Shown piece by piece: positions 18,117 through 27,056 of a stretch of DNA of 33,285 nt; the first letter of the stretch is position 1; every line of letters begins with the position of its first letter. The stretch is from Luteimonas sp. (GTDB lineage: Bacteria; Pseudomonadota; Gammaproteobacteria; Xanthomonadales; Xanthomonadaceae): NCBI GenBank assembly GCA_035765815.1, contig DASTWT010000206.1, forward strand, positions 1-33,285, read 5' to 3'. The position numbers were made by a program, and so were the translations under genes. The notes below the pieces were generated by a model. The model made no database searches, was not told the DNA's origin, and saw only the letters and a list, made by a program, of their open reading frames with translations.

Positions 18117-19034
18117 TCAGGACTTCGGTCCGGTCGGCGGCACGCCCATCCCGGGCGGCGGCGCGACGGGGTTCCGGCGCACCCACATCCGCCCCGCGGC
18201 GAGGTCGAGCGTCACGATCCAGTCCTTGAGGAAGGGCATGCCGAGGTTGCCGTCGATGTTCATGTCGGGCGTGAAGGCCAGGCCCTCGGCGACGATGCCG
18301 TCGGCGACCCGGATGCGCACCGGCTGCGGCCCCTTGCCCTCGGGATCGAGGCCGAACAGCGCCGCATAGGGCTTCGAGACGAGGAGCGTGCCGCCGTTGC
18401 CGCTGTCCAGCTCGAAGCGCGCCGTGCCCTGCGGTGTCGGTACCTCGACGTTGACGGCCAGCGCGAGGCCCTGCACTTCGTGCGACAGGCTGACCGGGAG
18501 CTCGCGGGCGCCCGCGACGCGGCGCGCGGCGCTTCCGGGCGACTCGACGTAGAGATGGCCGCCGGCGAAATCCAGGGTGATGGTGCGCCCGGCGAACACG
18601 TCCAGCGCGAGCAGTCCCTCGATCGGCTCGGCGTCCTTCGCCAGCAGCGGCGCCACCTGCATCACGCCGGCGACAGGCGCGGCGAGCGGCATGCCGTCGG
18701 CCTCGAAGCGGAAGCCGTCGCAGCGCGGCATGTCCAGGCGCTTGCCGGTCATGGTGAATCCGCCGAGGTTGCCCCAGGGCTTGCAGCCGCCGGCCGCGGC
18801 GAATTCGGGCGACACCACCGTATGCCCGCCGGCGGTGTCGAAGGCCATCAGGCCGGTCTTGCCGCCGGCGGCCACGCGCACCGCGACGCTGCGGCGGTAA
18901 GGCTCGAGCTGGAGCGTGGCGAGCGGTCCGGACGACGCGGCCACGGCGGGCACGGGCGCCTGCGCGCGCGACGCGCCGGCGGGCTGCAGCGCGAACGCGA
19001 CGGCGAGCACGGACAGGGAACGGACGATGCGCAT
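18117..19034 (-). CDS. Secreted tandem retropepsin-like aspartic protease
   Basis: Signal peptide; lobe 1 MAFDTAGG...IEGLLALDVF; lobe 2 FELDSGNG...IDGNLGMPFL; GGAG RBS before ATG 19034. Confidence 0.78.
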   Translation of the reverse strand: MRIVRSLSVLAVAFALQPAGASRAQAPVPAVAASSGPLATLQLEPYRRSVAVRVAAGGKTGLMAFDTAGGHTVVSPEFAAAGGCKPWGNLGGFTMTGKRLDMPRCDGFRFEADGMPLAAPVAGVMQVAPLLAKDAEPIEGLLALDVFAGRTITLDFAGGHLYVESPGSAARRVAGARELPVSLSHEVQGLALAVNVEVPTPQGTARFELDSGNGGTLLVSKPYAALFGLDPEGKGPQPVRIRVADGIVAEGLAFTPDMNIDGNLGMPFLKDWIVTLDLAAGRMWVRRNPVAPPPGMGVPPTGPKS

Positions 19035-19080
19035 GGGACGGCTCCGTGGAAAGGCGCGCCATCCTCGGCGGCGCGCGCGG

Positions 19081-19110
19081 CGCCGCCTACTGTCGTCGGT
19101 CATTGCAACC
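19081..19110 (-). promoter_or_regulatory. Copy 2 of a 30-bp shared upstream element
   Basis: Plus strand CGCCGCCTACTGTCGTCGGTCATTGCAACC; same offset from the start codon as copy 1. Confidence 0.65.
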
Positions 19111-19148
19111 CTTTCCCGTGCCCGCACATCCGGCGCGGGCGGATCCGC

Positions 19149-19613
19149 TCAGCGCTTGGGCGAGAGCATCGTCCCGCGGCACTTCCTCGAGCCGCAGTGG
19201 CAGGCCCAGATCTTCTTGAGCTTCGCGGTATGCGGCTCGTCCAGGACGATGCCGTAGTCGTAGGTCAGTTCCTCGCCCGGCTTGATGGCGCGCTTCGCCT
19301 CGATGTAGACGCGCGACTTGCGCGGATCGTCCTCGTTCTCGTCGAGGACCGCCTCGCAGTTCGGGTCGCAGCTGAAGTTGATCCAGCGCGCGCTGTTGCC
19401 CTCGTGGTTGGCGTCGATCACCCACTCGTCGTTCAGGGTGAACAGGAAGGTGTGGCCGCTGTCCGGGTCGGCGGTGTCGTCCGCGTCCACTTCGGCGTGC
19501 GTGCGGCGCCGGCCCTTGTACTCGATGACGCGCTCGCCCCTGGCGATCGGCTGCAGGGCGAAAACGCCGTTGCCGTGGATGCTGGACTTGCGGGCGACGA
19601 TCTTGCGGGGCAT
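19149..19613 (-). CDS. SET domain protein-lysine methyltransferase with post-SET Cys motif
   Basis: SSIHGNGVFA, VIEYKG, ARWINFSCDPNC, GEELTYDY, CHCGSRKCRG. Confidence 0.9.
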   Translation of the reverse strand: MPRKIVARKSSIHGNGVFALQPIARGERVIEYKGRRRTHAEVDADDTADPDSGHTFLFTLNDEWVIDANHEGNSARWINFSCDPNCEAVLDENEDDPRKSRVYIEAKRAIKPGEELTYDYGIVLDEPHTAKLKKIWACHCGSRKCRGTMLSPKR

Positions 19614-19734
19614 GCGGGGCACCTGCTGGAAAACGCACATTGTCGCCGCTGGCAGGTGAAGCCGCCATCCTTGCTGGCCGGTCGCGCGCCCGGCCTGCGT
19701 TTCGAGCCTTGTTTTCCGAGCCGAGGCCAATGCC

Positions 19735-20331
19735 ATGTTCCGCGATCGCGCTACTTCCGCCCGCGCTGCGACACAGGTCGCAGCCGTCCTCCTGCTGCCC
19801 GCCGCACTCGCCGCCTGCAACGGCCCCGCCTCGAACGGCGGCGCCATCACCAGCGCGCACGCCGCGACGGCAGGTGCAACCGGAGCGGCCGCTGCCGGAC
19901 AGGTCGAACGCGGGGCCTACCTCGCCGTGATCTCCGGCTGCAACGACTGCCACACGCCCGGCTACGCCGAGTCCGGCGGCCAGGTGCCGCGCGAGCGCTG
20001 GCTCGTGGGCTCCGCGCTGGGGTGGCAGGGCCCGTGGGGCACGACCTATCCGGCCAACCTGCGGCTGAAGCTGCAGTCCATGGACGAACAGGCGTGGCTC
20101 GACTACAGCGCGACCCTGCACACGCGGCCGCCGATGCCCGACTTCGCGATCCGCGCCATGTCGGAGGACGACCGGCGCGCCCTGTACCGCTTCGTGCGCT
20201 CGCTGGGCCCGGCGGGCGAACCGGCGCCGGGCTACCTGCCGCCGGGGACAGACGCCCCGTTGCCCTTCGTGAAGTGGATGCTGCCGTCGCCGCCGCCGGC
20301 GGCCGCCGCGGGACGCCCGGCCGCCGGCTGA
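19735..20331 (+). CDS. Monoheme cytochrome c lipoprotein
   Basis: Lipobox LAA-C, ERGAYLA, CNDCH heme motif, GPWGTTYPANL, PPMP (likely Met ligand). Confidence 0.85.
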   Translation: MFRDRATSARAATQVAAVLLLPAALAACNGPASNGGAITSAHAATAGATGAAAAGQVERGAYLAVISGCNDCHTPGYAESGGQVPRERWLVGSALGWQGPWGTTYPANLRLKLQSMDEQAWLDYSATLHTRPPMPDFAIRAMSEDDRRALYRFVRSLGPAGEPAPGYLPPGTDAPLPFVKWMLPSPPPAAAAGRPAAG

Positions 20332-20349
20332 ACACGCGCCGGGGCCGGA

Positions 20350-20391
20350 TTGGCCGGCCTCCCCGGAAAATCGTACAATTTCGGTACGATT
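20350..20391 (+). promoter_or_regulatory. suf operon promoter with overlapping palindromic operator (likely bound by the Rrf2 regulator)
   Basis: TTGGCC (20350-55), 18-bp spacer, TACAAT (20374-79); perfect inverted repeat AATCGTAC-N7-GTACGATT (20369-20391) covers the -10. Confidence 0.8.
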
Positions 20392-20405
20392 CGAAAGGGC
20401 CGGCC

Positions 20406-20870
20406 ATGCTTCGCGTCACCCGCCTCACCGACTACGCCACCGTCGTCCTGACCGTGCTCGCCGCGCGGGCGGGCCGCGTGCTCAGCGCGACGGAACTGGC
20501 GGAGGCCGCCGGCCTGGAAGTGCCGACCGTCGCGAAGGTGCTCAAGCCGCTCGCGCAGGCGGGCCTGGTCGAAGGCTTCCGCGGCGCCGGCGGCGGATAC
20601 CGGCTGGCGCGCGAGGCGGGCGCCATCACCCTGGTCGAGGTGGTCGAGGCGATGGAAGGCCCGCTCGGCATGACCGAATGCAGCATCCACGGGGGCAACT
20701 GCGGCATCGAGGCGTCCTGCGGCGTGCGCGCCAACTGGCGCCGGATCAACGACGTCGTCGCCGATGCGCTGCGCGGCGTGACCCTGGCGCAGATGCTCGC
20801 ACCGCCGCCCGCGACCGCGCCGGCGCGCGCCACGCGCAAGGCCATCCCGGCGACGCTGGCGAACCACTGA
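20406..20870 (+). CDS. Rrf2-family SUF system Fe-S assembly regulator
   Basis: [11 protein letters not shown], w[13 protein letters not shown], three Cys ([16 protein letters not shown]); heads the suf operon. Confidence 0.92.
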   Translation: MLRVTRLTDYATVVLTVLAARAGRVLSATELAEAAGLEVPTVAKVLKPLAQAGLVEGFRGAGGGYRLAREAGAITLVEVVEAMEGPLGMTECSIHGGNCGIEASCGVRANWRRINDVVADALRGVTLAQMLAPPPATAPARATRKAIPATLANH

Positions 20871-20877
20871 GGCAAGC

Positions 20878-22326
<1,449 letters not shown>

Positions 22327-22329
22327 GCG

Positions 22330-22806
22330 ATGCGTGCGCTCCTCGCCCTTCTGATGCTGCCTGCGATCGGCCCCGCCGTCGCGCAGGACGTCGTCCACGC
22401 GCATCCGCTTTGCGCCCATGCGGGGGACACCATCGAGTACAACGCCTGTTCCGCGGAGGAACTGGCACAGGCCCGCGCAGCGCTCGATTCGACGTTCCGT
22501 GCCACGCTGGCCAAGTGGCACGACAGCCCCGAAACGGTCGCGGCCCTGCAACGTTCGCAGGACGCGTGGCGTGCCGCCTTCGAGGCGGACGTCGCTGCAC
22601 GTTTCGCGGAAACCGACGCGGCGAGGGCGCGCGGCGAGTGGGTGGGCACGGCGTACCAGTCAGCCCACAACTGGTACGAGGCCGGGCGCGTGCAGGATCG
22701 TGCCGACCATTTGTGCGAATTCCTGCGCGGCGGACCCTACGGCGAGCGATCCACCGACTCCTGCGAACACCTGGTGCGCGCCGCACTGGGCGAAACCGCG
22801 AACTGA
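22330..22806 (+). CDS. Secreted LprI/DUF1311-like helical protein
   Basis: Signal peptide AVA-Q; C-x5-TIEYNAC...LDSTF...LQRSQDAW pattern typical of the LprI family; fills the sufB-sufC gap. Confidence 0.7.
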   Translation: MRALLALLMLPAIGPAVAQDVVHAHPLCAHAGDTIEYNACSAEELAQARAALDSTFRATLAKWHDSPETVAALQRSQDAWRAAFEADVAARFAETDAARARGEWVGTAYQSAHNWYEAGRVQDRADHLCEFLRGGPYGERSTDSCEHLVRAALGETAN

Positions 22807-22818
22807 TCCGGAAACATC

Positions 22819-23586
22819 ATGCTGAAGATCGACAACCTCCACGCGTCCATCAACGGCCGCGAAATCCTCAAGGGCCTCACGCTCGAAGTGAAGCCCGGCG
22901 AGGTGCACGCCATCATGGGGCCGAACGGCGCGGGCAAGTCCACGCTCGGCAACGTGCTGTCGGGACGCGACGGCTACGACGTCACCGCAGGTTCGGTGCT
23001 GTTCGAGGGCCGCGACCTGCTGGCGCGCGAACCGGAGGAGCGCGCGGCCGACGGCGTGTTCCTCGCCTTCCAGTACCCGGTCGAGATCCCGGGCGTGAAC
23101 AACACCTATTTCCTGCGCAGCGCGCTCAACGCGCAGCGCCGCGCCCGCGGCGAAGCCGAACTCGACTCGATGCAGTTCCTGAAGAAGGTGCGCGAGAAGC
23201 TCGCCGTGCTGCACCTCGACGACCGCCTGCTGCAGCGCGGGGTCAACGAGGGCTTTTCCGGCGGGGAGAAGAAGCGCAACGAGATCTTCCAGCTGGCCGT
23301 GCTCGAGCCGAAGCTCGCGATCCTCGACGAGACCGATTCGGGCCTCGACATCGACGCGCTCAAGGCCGTGGCCGACGGCGTCAATGCGCTGCGCTCGCCG
23401 GAGCGCGCGTTCCTGGTGATCACGCATTACCAGCGCCTGCTCGACTACATCCGCCCCGATGTGGTGCACGTGCTCGCCGACGGCCGCATCGTCGAGACCG
23501 GCGGGCCGGAGCTCGCGCTCGAGCTCGAGCAGCACGGCTACGCCTGGCTGAAGGATCGCGTCGCGCCGGAGGCCGCCGCGCGATGA
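22819..23586 (+). CDS. sufC: Fe-S cluster assembly ATPase SufC
   Basis: GPNGAGKST, FQYPVEIPGV, FSGGEKKRNE, LDETDSGLDIDA, ITHYQRLL. Confidence 0.98.
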   Translation: MLKIDNLHASINGREILKGLTLEVKPGEVHAIMGPNGAGKSTLGNVLSGRDGYDVTAGSVLFEGRDLLAREPEERAADGVFLAFQYPVEIPGVNNTYFLRSALNAQRRARGEAELDSMQFLKKVREKLAVLHLDDRLLQRGVNEGFSGGEKKRNEIFQLAVLEPKLAILDETDSGLDIDALKAVADGVNALRSPERAFLVITHYQRLLDYIRPDVVHVLADGRIVETGGPELALELEQHGYAWLKDRVAPEAAAR

Positions 23587-24863
23587 GCGCCCTGCTCGAC
23601 TCGCTCGCCGCGGGCTTTTCCGGCGACGCCGCACGGCGCGCGGCGCTGGACGAGGCGCTGCGCGACGGGCTGCCGCCGCCGCGCACCGAAGCCTGGAAGT
23701 ACACGCCGCTGCGCGCGCTCGAGCGCCGCAGCTTCGCGCCCGCCGCCGGGCAGGCGCCGGCGGCGCTGGACGCCGCCTCCGATGCCGCGCTGGCCGCGAT
23801 TCCCGCGCCGCGCATGGTGTTCGTGAACGGCCGCTTCGACGCCGCCCGCTCGGACCTCGCCGCGCTTCCCGCCACGCTGTCGCTGCGCACGCTGCCCGAC
23901 GCGCTGTCCGACCCCGACCCGCGCGCCGCCAACTTCATGCAGCGCCGCTACGCGCGCGCCGACGAAGTGTTCGCGCGCCTCAATGCGGCGCTGGCCGGCG
24001 ACGGCTTCGTGCTCCGCCTGGCGGAGAACGCGCGCCTCGCCGCGCCGCTGCACGTCGTGTTCGCGGGCGCGCCCGCCGACGCCGACCAGGCCTGGCACCT
24101 CCGCCACTTCATCGAGCTGCGCCGGGGCGCCGAGGCGGCGATCGTCGAACACCACCTCGGCGTCGGCGACCACGCCCACCTCGGCAACGCGCTGCTGCAC
24201 GTGCACCTCGCCGCGGGCGCCACGCTGCAGCACGTCCGGCTGCAGGCCGAATCCGCGCGCGCCACGCTCGTCGCCCGCACCGATGCGGTGCTCGCGCGCG
24301 GCGCGCGCTACGAACGCCTCGACCTGGAGCTCGGCGCCGCGCTGGGCCGCCATGAGCTCAACGTGCGCCTCGAGGGCGAAGGCGCGATGCTGCTCGCCAA
24401 CGGCGTGCAGCTCGCCGACGGCCGCCGCCACGTGGATACGCGCCTGGGCATCGAACACATCGCCCGCGACACTGCCTGCGACCTGTCGTGGCGCGGGATC
24501 GCCGCGGGGCGCGCGCGCGCCGTCTTCCACGGCGGCATCACCATCCGCGCGGGTGCCGACGGCACCGACGCCAGCCTGTCGAACAAGAACCTGCTGCTGT
24601 CGGACCAGGCCGAAGTGGACAGCCAGCCGGTGCTCGAGATCCACGCCGACGAGGTGAAGGCCGCGCACGGCGCCACCGTCGGCCAGCTCGACCCGACCGC
24701 GATGTTCTACCTGCGCTCGCGCGGCCTGCCCGAAGCGCAGGCGCGCAGCCTGCTCACCGCCGCGTTCTGCCACGAAGCGCTGGTCGCGTTCGATCCGGCG
24801 CTGCGCGAGCCCGCGGCCGCGATGCTCGATCGCGCGCTTGCGGCCCTGGAGTCGGGCGCATGA
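23583..24863 (+). CDS. sufD: Fe-S cluster assembly protein SufD
   Basis: EAWKYT, LLLSDQAEVDSQPVLEIHADEVKAAHGATVGQLD, FYLRSRG; ATGA overlap with sufC. Confidence 0.95.
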   Translation: MSALLDSLAAGFSGDAARRAALDEALRDGLPPPRTEAWKYTPLRALERRSFAPAAGQAPAALDAASDAALAAIPAPRMVFVNGRFDAARSDLAALPATLSLRTLPDALSDPDPRAANFMQRRYARADEVFARLNAALAGDGFVLRLAENARLAAPLHVVFAGAPADADQAWHLRHFIELRRGAEAAIVEHHLGVGDHAHLGNALLHVHLAAGATLQHVRLQAESARATLVARTDAVLARGARYERLDLELGAALGRHELNVRLEGEGAMLLANGVQLADGRRHVDTRLGIEHIARDTACDLSWRGIAAGRARAVFHGGITIRAGADGTDASLSNKNLLLSDQAEVDSQPVLEIHADEVKAAHGATVGQLDPTAMFYLRSRGLPEAQARSLLTAAFCHEALVAFDPALREPAAAMLDRALAALESGA

Positions 24864-26086
24864 ACACGTCGCCCGTCGACTGGGACCGGGTCCGCCTCGA
24901 CTTCCCGCTGCTGGCGCGGCAGGTCCACGGCAAGCCGCTCGTCTACTTCGATTCCGCGAACACCGGCCAGAAGCCGCTCGCGGTCATCGAGGCGGTGGAC
25001 GGCTTCTACCGCCACCACAACGCCAACGTCAGCCGCGCCGTGCACGCGCTCGGCGCCGAGGCCACCGAAGCCTACGAAGGGGCGCGCGGCAAGCTCGCGC
25101 GGCACCTCAACGTGCGCGCCGACGAACTCGTGCTGACCAGCGGCACCACGTTCGCGCTGAACCTCGTCGCGTATTCGTGGGGGCTGCCGCGGCTCGGCGC
25201 CGGCGACACCGTCCTCCTCACGCGCATGGAGCACCACGCCAACATCGTGCCCTGGCAGCTCGTCGCGGAGCGCACCGGCGCGACGATCAGGGTCGCCGAG
25301 TTGCTCCCCGACGGATCGCTCGACCTCGACGCGCTGCAGGCGGCGATGACGCCGGACGTGAAGCTGCTCGGCGTCGCCCATGTCTCCAACGTGCTCGGCA
25401 CCGTGAATCCCGTGCGCGACATCTGCCGCATGGCGCGGAAGCGCGGCATCGTCACGGTGGTCGACGGCTCGCAGGCGCTGCCGCACATGGCGGTGGACGT
25501 CGCCGCGATCGGCTGCGACTTCTACGCCCTCACCGGCCACAAGATGTACGGCCCGACCGGCACCGGCGCGCTGTGGGCGCGCCGCGAGCACCTGCAGGCG
25601 ATGCCGCCCTTCCTGGGCGGCGGCGAGATGATCCGCGAGGTGCGCTTCGAAGGCACCGTGTTCGCCGATCCGCCGCACCGCTTCGAAGCGGGCACGCCGA
25701 ACATCGCCGGCCACGTCGGGCTGGGCGCGGCCGTCGACTACCTCGACGCGATCGGCATGGACGCCATTGCCGCACGCGAGCGCGAACTGCACGCGCACCT
25801 CGAGGAGGAGATGCGCAAGGTCGAAGGCCTGCGCATCGTCGGCGAGGCGCCGGGCAAGGCCGCCGTCACCTCGTTCCTGGTCGAGGGCGCGCACGCGCAC
25901 GACCTCGCCACGCTGCTCGACCTCGAAGGCGTGGCGGTGCGCTCGGGCCACCACTGCGCGCATCCGCTGATGCACTTCTACGGCGTGCCGGCGACGTGCC
26001 GCGCGTCGCTGGCCTTCTACAACACGCACGCGGAGGTGGAAGCGTTCATCGCCGCGTTGCGCAAGGTGCGGAACCTGCTCGCATGA
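24860..26086 (+). CDS. sufS: Cysteine desulfurase SufS
   Basis: YFDSANTGQKP, EHHANIVPW, TGHKMYGPTG (PLP Lys), RSGHHCA (catalytic Cys); ATGA overlap with sufD. Confidence 0.95.
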   Translation: MNTSPVDWDRVRLDFPLLARQVHGKPLVYFDSANTGQKPLAVIEAVDGFYRHHNANVSRAVHALGAEATEAYEGARGKLARHLNVRADELVLTSGTTFALNLVAYSWGLPRLGAGDTVLLTRMEHHANIVPWQLVAERTGATIRVAELLPDGSLDLDALQAAMTPDVKLLGVAHVSNVLGTVNPVRDICRMARKRGIVTVVDGSQALPHMAVDVAAIGCDFYALTGHKMYGPTGTGALWARREHLQAMPPFLGGGEMIREVRFEGTVFADPPHRFEAGTPNIAGHVGLGAAVDYLDAIGMDAIAARERELHAHLEEEMRKVEGLRIVGEAPGKAAVTSFLVEGAHAHDLATLLDLEGVAVRSGHHCAHPLMHFYGVPATCRASLAFYNTHAEVEAFIAALRKVRNLLA

Positions 26087-26628
26087 CGACCGCCACCGCC
26101 CCATTCGCCATCGCGTTCCGCGACGCCACCGCCGGCGACGTCGACGCGATCGTCGCGCTCGTGACCTCCGCCTATCGCGGCGAAGCCAGCCGCGCCGGAT
26201 GGACCACCGAGGCCGACCTGCTCGACGGCAACCGCATCGATCCCGGCGTGCTGCGCGGCGACATCGAACGCCCCCTGAGCCGCGTGCTGCTCGCGTCGCA
26301 AGGCGGCGACCTCGTCGCCTGCGCCCACGTCGCGGTCGTGGACGGCGCCGGCTATTTCGGCATGTTCGCGGTGCGCCCCACCCTGCAGGGCGGCGGCCTC
26401 GGCCGCGCGGTGCTCGCCGAGGCGGAGCGCGTCGTCCGCAACGACTGGGGCCTGGCGACGATGCGCATGACCGTCATCGACGTGCGCGAGGAGCTGATGG
26501 CCTGGTACGAGCGCCGCGGCTACCGCCGTACCGGCGTCAAGAAGCCTTTCCCCGCGGTCGACCCCCGCTTCGGCATCCCGAAGCGCGACGACCTGCGTTT
26601 CGAGGTGATGGAAAAAGGACTGCGGTGA
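26083..26628 (+). CDS. GNAT family N-acetyltransferase
   Basis: SAYRGE..RAGWTTEADLL, FAVRPTLQGGGLG acetyl-CoA motif A, WYERRGY; ATGA overlap with sufS. Confidence 0.9.
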   Translation: MTTATAPFAIAFRDATAGDVDAIVALVTSAYRGEASRAGWTTEADLLDGNRIDPGVLRGDIERPLSRVLLASQGGDLVACAHVAVVDGAGYFGMFAVRPTLQGGGLGRAVLAEAERVVRNDWGLATMRMTVIDVREELMAWYERRGYRRTGVKKPFPAVDPRFGIPKRDDLRFEVMEKGLR

Positions 26629-26951
26629 TGGGCGACTGGGTGCGGGTCTGCGCGACGTCGGAGCTGCTGCCGGGCGAGAAGGCGGTCGCCTGGGACGGCG
26701 GCACCGCCATCCTCGTCTTCAACTACGACGGCGACTACTACGCGCTCGAGGACCTGTGCAGCCACGAGGACTTCGAGCTCTCCGCCGGCTGCTACGACGC
26801 AGACGAGGCGACCATCGAGTGCGTGCTGCACGGCTCGAAGTTCGACGTCCGGGACGGCCGCGCCCTGAACCCGCCGGCCTACGCGCCGGTGGCCAGATTC
26901 CCGGTCAAGGTCGAGGACGACGCGGTCTGGACCCGCGACGACCGGGGATAG
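26628..26951 (+). CDS. Rieske [2Fe-2S] ferredoxin
   Basis: CSH...CVLHGSKFD Rieske ligands; TGATG coupling to the GNAT stop. Confidence 0.92.
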   Translation: MGDWVRVCATSELLPGEKAVAWDGGTAILVFNYDGDYYALEDLCSHEDFELSAGCYDADEATIECVLHGSKFDVRDGRALNPPAYAPVARFPVKVEDDAVWTRDDRG

Positions 26952-26976
26952 CCGCCCGGCGGAAGACGCGATTGCT

Positions 26977-27007
26977 GTTGCGAATCATTCTCATTGCGGA
27001 ATAGAAT
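26977..27007 (+). promoter_or_regulatory. Fur box overlapping the promoter of the TonB-dependent receptor
   Basis: GTTGCGAATCATTCTCATT (26977-26995) matches the Fur-type palindrome AATGAGAATCATTCTCATT at 16/19; TTGCGA-N18-TAGAAT promoter. Confidence 0.85.
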
Positions 27008-27056
27008 GGCGCCGCGGCCCCAGCGGCCTTCCCGTTCACTTCCCGCGATCCGTCCG

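Noticed and set aside
18049-19110. The 30-bp duplication as att sites or a target-site duplication of a mobile element
   Set aside because: No integrase or transposase nearby; mismatches cluster in an internal spacer and both copies sit at the same distance from start codons, which fits a regulatory site better. A past recombination origin is not excluded.
15978-20870. 1630-aa plus-strand ORF
   Set aside because: Antisense shadow of the DUF5916, protease and SET genes in stop-poor high-GC DNA; only the last 154 aa (Rrf2) are real
26994-27056. Earlier starts for the TonB receptor (26994, 27006)
   Set aside because: They overlap the Fur box and -10 element; ATG 27057 gives a plausible signal-peptide N-terminus
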